In this document: piece by piece, positions 11,001 to 20,136 of the stretch
How the letters are laid out: every line of letters begins with the position of its first letter
Position numbering within the stretch: position 1 is the stretch's first letter
Source of the DNA: Alphaproteobacteria bacterium
GTDB lineage: Bacteria > Pseudomonadota > Alphaproteobacteria > SP197
Assembly: GCA_964291265.2 (NCBI GenBank)
Contig: OZ219747.1
Span: 608,001-672,000 of the forward strand
Direction: 5' to 3'
Length of the DNA stretch: 64,000 bases
Position numbers and translations under genes: made by a program
Notes under the pieces: model-generated
Told to the model about the DNA's origin: nothing
Databases searched by the model: none
The model's input: only the letters and a program-made list of their open reading frames with translations

Positions 11001-11054
11001 CGACGTTCCAGCGCCGATCAAGGGCACGTACCTGATGTGCATGACATGCGATAG
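8013..11054 (+). CDS. hsdR: Type I R-M restriction/motor subunit
   Basis: DIVLFVNGLPIVTFELK nuclease motif, HSAGSGKS Walker A, DEAH, FTATP, QTGYDEP, QTLSRLNR; start MTTDTSERGLE. Confidence 0.96.
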   Translation: MTTDTSERGLERLICTALAGHPCEPEATDALGEAAGGDGGAGWAGGSPHDYDRDHCVDLVQLTAFLRATQPEAAEALALDEDGPARRRFLARLQGEIAKRGTVDVLRRGLRHDAHEFALFHGAPSPGNMQARKRFEQNRFTVTRQLRYSRSETQRALDIVLFVNGLPIVTFELKNSFTRQTVEHAVEQYRRDRDPREKLFALGRCMAHFAVDERSVRFFTHLDGKASRFLPFDRGWNDGAGNPPNPDGIMTDYLWRETLTRSSLADILENYAHLLATKDRKTGKTHRTQIWPRYHQLDVVRRLLEDVAGHGVGKRYLIQHSAGSGKSNSIAWLAQQLVGLTKDGAALFDSIVVVTDRRILDKQIRDTVRQYAQVGATVGHAEHSGDLIKFIDSGKKIIISTVQKFPYILDAIGTQQGGRRFAIIIDEAHSSQGGQASAAMGQALGSTDAAETGDTFEDQINRAMESRRLLSNASYFAFTATPKNKTLEMFGAPDPQPDGAVKRHAFHSYTMKQAIQEGFILDVLTHFTPVKSYYKIAKTIEDDPRFDTRKARRKLRRFVEGHEHAIRLKAEIMVDHFHDQVITPVKIGGEARAMVVTNGIRNAIQYYHAFSGYLEERKSPWRAIVAFSGEHDIDGARVSEASLNGFPSRLITEKFQESPYRFLICADKFQTGYDEPLLHTMYVDKALSGIKAVQTLSRLNRAVANKRDVFVLDFQNDADTVREAFSDYYRATILADETDPNKLHDLQAALDGAQVYSSDQVEHFVRLYLGNAERDQLDPILDASVTTYLSDLDEEGQVAFKGHAKAFVRTYNFLSCVLPWSNADWEQRSIFLNFLVPRLPAPQEEDLSRGILDAIDMDSYRTEKQAVQAVLLSDADAEIGPAPPIGDGHGPDPELDRLSNIINEFNDLFGDIDWEDRDRVGRLITEDIPTRVAEDSSFRNALRNSDRQNTRIQHDVALRHVMTSIINDDIQLFRQFQDNDAFRRWVTDKVFDATSTRRSSADQGHVPDVHDMR

Positions 11055-11500
11055 ATTTCAGCGGTGTCTGACTGGATACACCTTGCGCTTCTTGCGACGA
11101 CGCGGCCCCCCGCAGGCTGCGATGTCGATCTGCTTCGTTGCGATGCACGGCTCGTCCGCCATGTAGTCCCAAAGGTCCCGGCAGGCGCCCGTTGCGGTGA
11201 CCACGCGGCGCCGTGTCGAGCGCCTGACGCGCACCAGCAGACCGGCCTCGTGCTCCGTGCTCCGGGCCAGCAGGTCCCAGATGTCGCCTTCACGGTCACA
11301 GATCACCAGCACCCTTGTCGAAGGACAGGCAGCGGCCAGTTCCACGGCCTTGTCGTACCCGTCGAGCCAGCGCCGGCTCTCCTTGTCGTCTGGCTCGTCC
11401 TTCTTCTGATCCGGCTTGAGACGGAAGTCGGCGTCGAGATGGAACAGGCCGAGGGATGATGAGCCGCCTTCGCTGAAGGCAACCCCGGCATGGGCCGCCA
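10837..11500 (+). repeat. Diverged ~660-bp direct repeat, copy 1 (hsdR 3' end + IS4 remnant)
   Basis: Colinear with 19127-19778 with scattered substitutions and small indels. Confidence 0.93.
11058..11500 (-). pseudogene. IS4-family (IS50/Tn5-like) transposase fragment
   Basis: KESRRWLDGY and VLVICDREGDIWDLL motifs; no ends. Confidence 0.75.
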
Positions 11501-11830
11501 GCCAAAGCGATGATGCGCTGCGCTACCAGTGTCGTCACATCGTGTTCAATGCGACCGGGATCACGATAATCGACAAAAGCGCCAGCGACACGCTCCGTCA
11601 CGTTGAAAAGCCTGTCTGCTTCCCGCAACAGCAGCGCACCACCGTCGGAGGTCATGCGGCCACCATCGAAATTGGCCACAATCTGCCGCCGTCCGAGACC
11701 TTCAAACTCCAGTTGTCGTGCTGGACACTGTGTCGCCATGAGGATGGGCTCCTTTGTGTATGTAACTCATTGGTCTTATTCATATATCACACCCACCCCC
11801 ATCAAAAGAAAACTTGGTGACAAATCCGGG
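11500..11830 (-). mobile_element. IS1380-family left-end remnant with truncated transposase (ATG 11739)
   Basis: FDGGRMTSDGGALLLREAD..DYRDPGRIEH..LVAQRIIALA; terminus cccggatttgtcacc at 11830. Confidence 0.85.
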
Positions 11831-11867
11831 CTAAGCATCCGCCGAAGACCTCGGGATGTTGGGAGGA

Positions 11868-12398
11868 TTAGCGGATCAGATCCCGGAAGCTGTCCAGCTT
11901 GAGGCGAAATCGGTGGCGCGTGGCCCAGTCCCCCTTGATGCGGTCGGCCTCCTCCACTTCGAGCAGGCCTTCGCGGATCATTGAGACCATCAGGTCCTGT
12001 CTTGCGAGGATGCGAAGACGGGCATCAGCCCTGCGCGCATGGCGGATAGCGAGGCGATCATCTATGGCAAGGATGTAGCCACGGTGAACGGCGAGGGCGA
12101 TTGCGGAACACTCTCCCGCTCCCAGACGCCCGGTGGTGAACAAGGATTCGAAGAGTTGAAGCTCTTCCGGCATGGTGACGCGCGTCTCCGAAATGGTGCC
12201 GGCGTCGAGAGCTTCGGCGAACCTCTGCTGTTGGTCGGGATAGCGGTCGCTGATTTCCGCCGTGACATGGTCGGTGGCGAGGAAATCGTGGGAGTGGCCG
12301 GCGATCAGGTCTGTCCGGTCAATGCGTAGAAAGTTGATGAGCACCGAGGTGTCGGTGACGATGATCGCCGGCTTGGTTTCTCCCGCTACGAATGTTAT
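11868..12398 (-). pseudogene. PIN-domain toxin apparently lacking its start codon
   Basis: IIVTDTSVLINFL, LGAGECSAIALA, LAIDD; first catalytic Asp lies upstream of the only GTG (12344); ATAA where an ATGA overlap is expected at 12398-12395. Confidence 0.72.
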
Positions 12399-13633
12399 CC
12401 GTTGCGGGCCGCTTCGGCCAAGTTGAGCAGGGTGTCTCCTTGGATCCGAAGGGTCTTGCTCAGTTCCAGGATCCGACCGCGGGAGATTTCCTTCAGGCGA
12501 TAGGCCTCGATGGCGAGATGCACGATTTCGCTGCGAAGCTCCCGATCCCAGTATTGTCGCCGTTCACGCTTGCCGACGTCATCGAACTTGCTGAGGGCAA
12601 CAAGATACTCTCGCCCGACGCTTCCCCGGTCGAGCAGGTCGCTGCACTCGCGCGCGGAAATGTATCGAAGGCTCTTGAGCCGATAGGCGGCTGCCGGGTA
12701 GCTCACGCCGAAATGGTGCGCGAGCATGGCGTTGTCCTTGTAGGTGATGCGCTGGGAGCGAGCCGGCGGGCGCTGGGCCGCCTCGATGTGGCCCCCGCTC
12801 GCGGCGTCGAAGATGGTGTGGTCCTGGCGGCTCGGCAGGCCCTTGTCGAGGGCCCGCAAGGAAGTACGGATTCCGGCCCTCGGCATGAGGAAGGCTGCGG
12901 CAAATGCGTTCGCGCGCTTTTCGACCATTTCGGACGAATTGTCGGTGCTGGTAATCGTCACGTAGTCATTCCGGTCGAGGAGGGCGTGCGCGTATTCGTG
13001 CGCGTAGGAAAAGCGCTTCCGTCCTTTCGGGTGGGACGAATTCACGAGAATGGCCAGCCCGATGCTCGGATGCCGCAGGAAGAGGCCTGACATACCGTCG
13101 GGAAGCGTGACGCCGGATGCCCAGATGCCTTGGGAAGCAATGAGTTCGGATACGTCAGCAATCGGCGCATTGGCGATTCCAAGCCTGCGGCGCTCCTGCT
13201 CGGCCGTTTCCTCTCCCTGTGCGACAGCCTCTCCGGGTGAGTGGGGAATCGGCATGTCGTAGCTGGGAGGGCCGGAACGGTAGTCAGTGCCCAGCAGACG
13301 TACGAGCGCAACGCCTTCCCGGCAGAGGTGAACACAACGGGTGATCTGCTCGCGCGTGTCCGGATCTTCCTCCAGCCCCGGGGCAATGCGGTGCAGAGAG
13401 ACGAGGACATCCTGATCCTCGTCCCTCGGGCCGTCATGCAAGAGATCGACGACGGGGTGCAGGTAGAGTTCGGAAAGCCGGATCAGTTCGAGGGTGGATA
13501 CAGATCGACTACCGGCCTCAAGCTGCGTGACGGCGGTGCGGGGAAGGTCCAACGCCTGGGCAGCAGCCTGCTGGCTGAGGCCGCGGGATTCGCGCGCCCT
13601 GCGCAATCGTGATCCCAGATCCTTCGCGCGCAT
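12395..13633 (-). CDS. XRE-family HTH fused to ImmA/IrrE Zn metallopeptidase
   Basis: LRRARESRGLSQQ..VTQLEAGSR HTH; RFSYAHEYAH (HEXXH); EKRANAFAAAFLMP; ggagg RBS. Confidence 0.92.
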   Translation of the reverse strand: MRAKDLGSRLRRARESRGLSQQAAAQALDLPRTAVTQLEAGSRSVSTLELIRLSELYLHPVVDLLHDGPRDEDQDVLVSLHRIAPGLEEDPDTREQITRCVHLCREGVALVRLLGTDYRSGPPSYDMPIPHSPGEAVAQGEETAEQERRRLGIANAPIADVSELIASQGIWASGVTLPDGMSGLFLRHPSIGLAILVNSSHPKGRKRFSYAHEYAHALLDRNDYVTITSTDNSSEMVEKRANAFAAAFLMPRAGIRTSLRALDKGLPSRQDHTIFDAASGGHIEAAQRPPARSQRITYKDNAMLAHHFGVSYPAAAYRLKSLRYISARECSDLLDRGSVGREYLVALSKFDDVGKRERRQYWDRELRSEIVHLAIEAYRLKEISRGRILELSKTLRIQGDTLLNLAEAARNG

Positions 13634-13707
13634 GGTGTTGTTTCCTCCCTGCTGAAATGCCGCCGCTGCAGCGGCATCGGAGCGAGTTTCCGTCATCAAA
13701 CATGTAA

Positions 13708-13728
13708 TGTCAAAATCTTCCATTGACA
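13708..13728. promoter_or_regulatory. Palindrome over a TTGACA -35 box upstream of the XRE gene (probable operator)
   Basis: tgtcaa-N9-ttgaca; minus strand TTGACA-N17-GAAACT. Confidence 0.5.
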
Positions 13729-14185
13729 GATTGGAAAACGCACATATATGGATGCAGTGTCAGAACCGAAGTCCGCTGCGGCGGGTCGGAAGCCTGATTC
13801 GCGCTGAACGGGGGATCGGGGAATCGATGCCGGAGACCCCGGCGGAGGGGAGCCATCGCGGCGCTTGAGCGGCGGGCGGTGCAGGCAGTCGTGCGCGGCA
13901 CGCTGCCGAAGGCTCGGGCGATCATGTCCGCACGGGTGCGGACAGCGCTGCACGGCGCAGTGCGGAGCGCGGTGCGCGGCGAAGCCGTCACCGGCGAGGC
14001 ACGGAGTGCAGCGGCGGCGGGCCGGGGCGATGCCTGCAGCCGGCGCAGCCGGCCAGGGCGAGCGGGGCGCGTTCGCCGACGAGCGCGCCGCGCGAGGCGA
14101 AGGCGGGCCGCGCGGGCGATGTGCGCATACGAAAACGGGCCACGCCGCCGCCGGAGCGACGACATGGCCCGTCGATGTGCTACGG

Positions 14186-14930
14186 TCAGGCGGCGCAGCG
14201 CTGCACGGGGATGCCGAGCTGGCGCGCCTTGTCGACGAGGTTCTCGGTGATGCCGGAGCCGGCGAAGGCGATGACGCCCCTGGGCAGGAGGTTGAGCAGT
14301 TCGTCGTTGTGACGGAAGGGAGCGGTGCGACCGCGGCGGTCCCAGTCGGGCTTGCAGACGATCTGATGGACGCCGTTGCGCTCTGCCCAGCTGGCGGCGA
14401 TCTTCTCGACGCCGGGGCCGCCGCCGTGGACGAGCACCATGTCGGCATACTTGGCGCGGACCTTGTCGAGGCGCTCGATGACGGCCGCCGGGTTTGCGAT
14501 GTCCTTTCCGCCGGCGATGGCGACGAGGGTTCCCTAGGGCAGGTGTGCCTGTGTCTTGCGGTCCTTTCGGGCGCGGACGAAGTCGCGGGCGTCGATGGCT
14601 GCGGAAGTCAGATGTCCGGTCTGGCTGGCGTGGCTGCCGCGCCGGGGCCGCCATGTGTCGCCGGTGTCTGCGCGGGAGGCTTCGGCGGCCTCGTCGCGCA
14701 AGGTCTCGAAGGCGTCGCGTCGGTCGGAGAGGTTCCGGGCGCGGTCGGTCGCGAGTTCCAGTTCCAGGGACCTGATCTCGGAGCCGTCCTGCGCGCGCCG
14801 GAGGTCCTGGAGTTCGGGGGTGAGCCCGTCGGCGGCGCGGTCAAGGCGCTGTGTCTGGGCGTGGAGCATGTTGACGAAGCCCCACAGCAGGCTTTCGCGT
14901 TCGTCGGCCATCTGGGTGCCGTCGGGCGCA
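14186..14930 (-). pseudogene. DUF2493 (SLOG-family) plasmid/ICE protein, 5' truncated with internal stop
   Basis: LLWGFVNMLHAQ, QDGSEIRSLELE, WRPRRGS, TSAAIDARDF, TAG at 14536-14534, then VLVHGG..APFRHND..FAGSGITENL. Confidence 0.85.
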
Positions 14931-16312
14931 ACAACAACAAAATGGTCCTGCCCTCGACGGAAAGACCGTAGACATCCTCAACGAGCCCTACGGACAACCA
15001 GATCCCAACAGGGTGTGGTTCTCATACGGGGTAATTTGTTCGTCGTTAGTCCGAAGTTCCCGCTGATTTCAGCAGCAGACTCACAACAAGTGGTTGATTG
15101 TGTTGGCAAAATAGCGCGATGATGACGGGAGAGTGTTCCCATGTAACCGCGAAGTTTTCCCTTGACAAGATGAGCTTTCATCCCCATATGCGTTGCCATG
15201 TACGTCGACATCGTCCCCAACCGTAACTCACCCCCCGCCGTCCTCCTGCGAGAGGGATGGCGCGAGAACGGCAAGGTCAAGAAGCGCACCATCGCCAATC
15301 TCTCCTCCTGGCCCATGGAGAAGGTCGAGACCCTGCGGCGCCTCTTGAAGAACGAACCCCTCGTCGGTCGTGACGACGCCTTCGACATCGTCCGCTCCCT
15401 ACCCCATGGGCATGTCGCCGCGGTGCTGGGAACCCTGAAGAAGCTGAGCCTGGACAGGCTGATCGACCCGAAGCCCTCGGCACGGCGCGATCAGGTCCTG
15501 GCCATGATCGTGGCGCGCATCCTCGAGCCCGCCTCGAAGCTGGCCACGGCCAGGGGGCTGGCCGAGACGACAGCGGTCTCCACCCTGGGCGAGGTCCTCG
15601 ATGCGGAGATGGACGAGGACGCCCTCTACGGCGCCATGGACTGGCTCCTGGAGCGTCAGGAGAGGATCGAGCGGTCCCTGGCGAAGCGGCGCCTCGAAGA
15701 GGGCTGCCTGGTGCTCTATGACCTGACCTCGGTATGGATGGAGGGGAGAGCGTGCCCCCTGGCCAGGAGGGGTCATTCCCGGGACGGCAAGAAGGGCAAG
15801 CTGCAGATCGAGTTCGGCCTTCTGTGCGATCGGGACGGCTGTCCAGTGTCGGTGGAAGTATTCCCCGGCAACACGGCGGACCCCGGGACGGTTGCCTCAC
15901 AGATCACCACGTTGCAGGAGCGCTTCTCCCTGGCGAAGGTGGTGCTGGTGGGAGACCGGGGGATGCTGACCGAGGCGCGGATACGCGAGGAGGTGAAGCC
16001 CGCAGGCCTGGACTGGATCAGCGCCTTGAGGGGACCGGCCATCCGCGCCCTTGTGGAGGCCGGCGACGTCGAGATGTCGCTCTTCGACGAGAGGGACCTG
16101 GTGGAGATCGCCAGCGATGCGTATCCCGGCGAACGCCTCATGGTCTGCCGCAACCCCCTGCTGGCCGAGGACCGGGCCCGCAAGCGCCAGGAACTGCTCG
16201 AGGCCACCGAGGCCCTGCTTGAACCGATCACAGCAGCGACACGGCGCGACAAGCGCCGTCTCAAGGGTGCCGACAAGATCGGGGAGCGGGTCGGCAAGGT
16301 CATCGGTAAATA

Positions 16313-18118
16313 GTGCCCGCCCGAGAAAGTGCAACCACTTGACTGGACTAGCTGAATCGGGTATTGGGGAGACGAAGAATCCCGCTTTGGAGCGGGAATC
16401 GCCCGGCTTGGTCTCGAATCAGCCGGATTTTCGGGAAACTTCGCGAGAATAGCCATGCGAGACTTCGTCCGCCCTCAGCTGGAGTTGGGACAGGTAGCGA
16501 TCGAGGAAATCGATCTCAACGAGCACTCGCGGGACGACACTCCGTCGATGCTGCGCGGGATTCAGCACGTGTACGCCGACCCGTCGACCCGAGCCCGGTT
16601 GTTTGAGATCCTGGAGGAAGGGATCCTTCCCGGAGTGTCGCACACGAAAGGGCGCCCCGGCATGGAGCTTTGGAAGATCCTGGTGATGGGTCTCCTGAAG
16701 CAGGGCCTGGGGTATGACTTCGATCGCCTGCACGAGGTGGTGAACGAGCACAAGACGGTTCGCAAGTTCCTGGGTCACTCCGACATCTGGGACGACACAC
16801 GCTACGGGCATCAGACGGTGGTGGACAACGTGAGCCAGCTGACGCCGGAAGTGCTGGAGAAGGTGTCGCAGCTGATGGCGGAGAGCGGCCATGCGATGGT
16901 ACGCAAGCGCAAGCGTGGCAAGGATCGTCGCCATGTGGACGGTCCTCTTCGTGGTCGTTGCGATTCGTTCGTGGTGGAGACGGACGTGCACTACCCGACG
17001 GACGTCAATCTTCTGTGGGATGCGATGCGTTGTCTGGTGCGCGATACGGGCCGCGCATCCATGCGCACGGGAATGACCGAATGGCGTCAGTGGAAGCATT
17101 GGACCCGGGTATTGCAGAAGCTCTTTCAGAAGGTTCGGCAGACCCGTCGGGCCTCTTCGGAGGATATCGAGGCGTACCTCGACGTCAGCCGGGAGTTGGT
17201 CCGGCGGGCGCAGGAGACAGTTCCGTTGCTTGTGGAGCGCGGCGTCGGGGCCTTCAGGATTCTCAAGATCGAGTCGTACCTTGAGCATGCCCGCCGGCAG
17301 ATCGACCAGGTGGACCGGCGCCTGCTCAAGGGCGAGAAGATTCCGCAGGACGAGAAGGTGTTCTCGATCTTCGAGGAGCACACGCGCTGGTGCGTGAAGG
17401 GCAAGGCCGGTGTGCCGGTGGAACTCGGTGTGCCGGTGGCCGTGCTGGAGGATCAGCACGGCTTTCTCCTGCACCACCGGATCCTGTGGGAAGGCAGTGA
17501 CGTGGACCATGCCGTACCCATGATCCGAGAAGCGCAGGCCCGCTTCCCGGATCTGCGTCTGTGCAGTTTCGATAAGGGGTTCCACAGCCCTTCCAACCGG
17601 GTCGCCCTGGACGCACTGCTGGATCACAACGTGCTTCCGAAGAAAGGGAAGCTCTCTCGGGCGGACCGGGAACGGGAAGCTGAGACGACGTTCCGGGAGA
17701 TGCGCCGGCAGCATCCGGCCGTGGAGTCCGCGATCAACAATCTCGAGCAACGCGGCATGGACCGGGTCCTGTCCTATGGAGCGGACGGCTTTGCGCGGAT
17801 GGTGGCGCTGTCCATGGTGGCCTTCAATGTCCACCGCATCGGGCTGCTGCTGCACAGGGAAGCTCGGGCCCGGGCCCGACGACGACGAAGACGCGCCGCC
17901 TGACGGCAGCTCCCAAGACCCTATCCGCAACGAAACCCGCTCAAGCGGGAACGGAGCCGCTTGCCCTGAAGTCGGGATTCTTGCCTGGGATAGCCCTGAT
18001 GCCGCCATGAATCGGCAGGAACAAGCCTCGAAAACGGAGCGCTCGGCGGCTCCGGAGGGCGACCAAACCCAAAGCTTCGCCGAAAGGTCAGCCGAAACGG
18101 GCATTTCCGGGTGAGCAC
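16313..18118 (+). mobile_element. ISNCY-type element nested in IS1634
   Basis: Imperfect IR gtgcccgcccgagaaagtgc vs gtgctcacccggaaatgc; duplication taaata (16307-16312, 18119-18124); exact ends ambiguous by 1-2 bp. Confidence 0.9.
16455..17903 (+). CDS. ISNCY/IS5-like DDE transposase
   Basis: GRPGMELWKIL, CDSFVVETDVHYPTD, KVFSIFEEHT..KGKAG..VELG, SFDKGF, VESAINNLE. Confidence 0.9.
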   Translation: MRDFVRPQLELGQVAIEEIDLNEHSRDDTPSMLRGIQHVYADPSTRARLFEILEEGILPGVSHTKGRPGMELWKILVMGLLKQGLGYDFDRLHEVVNEHKTVRKFLGHSDIWDDTRYGHQTVVDNVSQLTPEVLEKVSQLMAESGHAMVRKRKRGKDRRHVDGPLRGRCDSFVVETDVHYPTDVNLLWDAMRCLVRDTGRASMRTGMTEWRQWKHWTRVLQKLFQKVRQTRRASSEDIEAYLDVSRELVRRAQETVPLLVERGVGAFRILKIESYLEHARRQIDQVDRRLLKGEKIPQDEKVFSIFEEHTRWCVKGKAGVPVELGVPVAVLEDQHGFLLHHRILWEGSDVDHAVPMIREAQARFPDLRLCSFDKGFHSPSNRVALDALLDHNVLPKKGKLSRADREREAETTFREMRRQHPAVESAINNLEQRGMDRVLSYGADGFARMVALSMVAFNVHRIGLLLHREARARARRRRRRAA

Positions 18119-19126
18119 TAAATACAAGATGGCGAAGCACTTCACGTGGTCCATCGACGACGACGGTGTCTTCACCTATGGGCGCGATGAGGCTGCCATC
18201 ACCGCCGAGGCCAGGCTCGACGGCCTCTACGTGATCCGCACCAGCCTGCCGCAGAGCGAGCTCGACGGTCCCGGCACGGTGCGCGCCTACAAGCGGTTGA
18301 GTTCGGTGGAACGGGCCTTCCGTAGCCTGAAGACCGTGGACCTGAAGGTCCGTCCCGTCTGTCACCGCACCGAACCCCGGGTCCGCGCCCATGTCTTCCT
18401 GTGCATGCTCGCCTACTACATCGAATGGCACATGCGCCAGAGACTGAAGCCCATGCTGTTCGACGACGAGGATGCCGAAGGCGCCGAGGCCCGGCGGCCG
18501 TCCGTCGTGGCGCCGGCAGAAGTCTCGGCGAGCGCCCGGGTCAAGGCGGCAACGAAGAGGACGCCCGGGGGTGATCCGGTGCACAGCTTCCGCACCCTCC
18601 TCGATGATCTCGCGACCATCACCCGCAACACCGTGGCGCCCCGCCTTGCGGGCGCCAAACCCTTCCAGGTCACCACGCGGCCCACGCCGCTCCAGAAAAA
18701 GGCCCTGGACTACCTCGGCATACGCCTGCAGCGTTCCCAGTAGCGACACACCCGATTTTTTCAAACGTCAATATATTCATAACGATACGTCTGATCGGTT
18801 CTGGAACTTCGGGTTAGTACCTGTCATGCACGCTGTATGCCGAGTATCTGCCCATGTTGTTTTGAGTGCTGCATCAAAATTCAGGAATTGGACGCATATT
18901 CGTACTTAATTTGACCCGTGCCGGCGGTTGTCATCACGGCTACGTATCATCAGCACTATTGGTTCAAAGGTGTTCCAAAGACTGTCAAAGGGCGATTTAT
19001 GAGGAACTTACATAGATGTTTCCGAGAAGGACAGCGGCATGGCCCACATGATGAAACACTCGGGAAACATTGAACAAAATTACCCAGTATGAGAATCGCT
19101 CCCCCCAACAAGGGGTGAGTGGTTAC

Positions 19127-19778
19127 TCAGAAACCCCGATCGCCAGAACACGCGCCTTCAGCACGATGTGGCCTTACAGCATGTCATGACGCCGATCATC
19201 AATGACGATATTCAGCTCTTCCGTCAATTCCAGGACAACGACGCGTTCCGTCGCTGGGTGACCGACAAGGTCTTCGATGCCACGTCAACCCGACGTTCCA
19301 TCGCCGATCAAGGGCAAGTACCTGACGTGCATGACATGCGATAGATTTCAGCGGCGTCTGACTGGATACACCTTGCGCGCCTTGCGGCGACGCGGCCCTC
19401 CGCAGGCTTCGATGTCGATCTGCTTCGTTGCCATGCACGGCTCATCGGCCATGTAGTCCCAAAGGTCCCGGCAGGCGCCCGTTGCGGTGACCACGCGGCG
19501 GCGTGTCGAGCGTCTGACACGCATCAGCGCACCAGCAGACCGGGCCTCGTGCACTGTGCTCCGGGCCAGCAGGTCCCAGATGTCGCCTTCACGGTCACAG
19601 ATCACCAACACCCTTGTCGAAGGACAGGCCCCGACCAGTTCCACGGCTTTGTCGTATCCGTCGAGCCAGCGCCGGCTCTCCTTGTCGTGTTCCTCGCCAT
19701 TCTTCTGATCCGGCTCGAGACGGAACAGTCTGAGGCATGAGCCGCCTCCGCTGAAGGCAACCCCGGCATGGGCCGCCA
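19127..19778 (+). repeat. Diverged direct repeat, copy 2 (orphan hsdR 3' end + IS4 remnant)
   Basis: Matches 10837-11500; starts exactly at the IS66-type terminus. Confidence 0.93.
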
Positions 19779-19860
19779 TGCCAAGGGCGCCCGAGACACC
19801 GCCGCCGATGTCGACAAGACCCTTGGTCGCCTCCAAGCCACTGTAACCAAGGAACACCAG
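19348..19860 (-). pseudogene. IS4-family (IS50/Tn5-like) transposase fragment
   Basis: GLVDIGGG..AHAGVAF, KESRRWLDGY, VICDREGDIWDLL. Confidence 0.75.
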
Positions 19861-20136
19861 ACATTGCGCTCGATCAGTCCCAGTGCTACGAAGATGACCA
19901 CCCTGGCCACAACGCTGACGGGCCGCTGCGCCGTGACCTCCACACCGACATCTTGGGCTGGCTCGGGACCGTGCTGGTCACGGACCACGGGTTGCTGAAG
20001 GGGGCTCCACTGGGAAGAGAGAATGGCGCGGTCCGGTCTCTTTTTGGTTTGAGGAGCGAGCAGGAGGGTCCGTTCACTCGTCGTCTCGCGCCTCCTCGTC
20101 AGTGGAAAGTGGAATCCATGCTGGAGATGATGCGCC

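Larger units (their letters stand above)
15198..18743 (+). pseudogene. IS1634-family transposase split at GK|YK by ISNCY
   Basis: 15198-16312 plus 18125-18743 reconstitute a protein colinear with 54376-56100; LYDLTS, VGDRGM, VERAFR. Confidence 0.93.
15051..18812 (+). mobile_element. IS1634-family element, copy 1 (interrupted by ISNCY)
   Basis: IR ccgaagttcc / ggaacttcgg; 6-bp target duplication gttagt (15045-15050, 18813-18818). Confidence 0.93.
15011..19103. mobile_element. Non-autonomous MITE (~325 bp once nested ISs are removed)
   Basis: Imperfect ~31-bp IR gggtgtggttctcatacggggtaatttgttc vs gggagcgattctcatactgggtaattttgttc; 7-bp target duplication cccaaca (15004-15010, 19104-19110); AT-rich non-coding interior. 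Confidence 0.82.
14930..19126 (+). mobile_element. IS66-type right-end remnant (interrupted by nested elements)
   Basis: Joining 14930-15010 to 19111-19126 gives ..ALDGKTVDILNEPYGQPDPNKG*gtggttac, ending in the TTAC IS66 terminus. Confidence 0.55.

Noticed and set aside
16419-18764. Long shadow ORFs (also 5891-7342, 26941-28617, 35533-37521, 38846-40831, 45454-47535, 57121-59283)
   Set aside because: Antisense to recognised genes in high-GC DNA; no motifs
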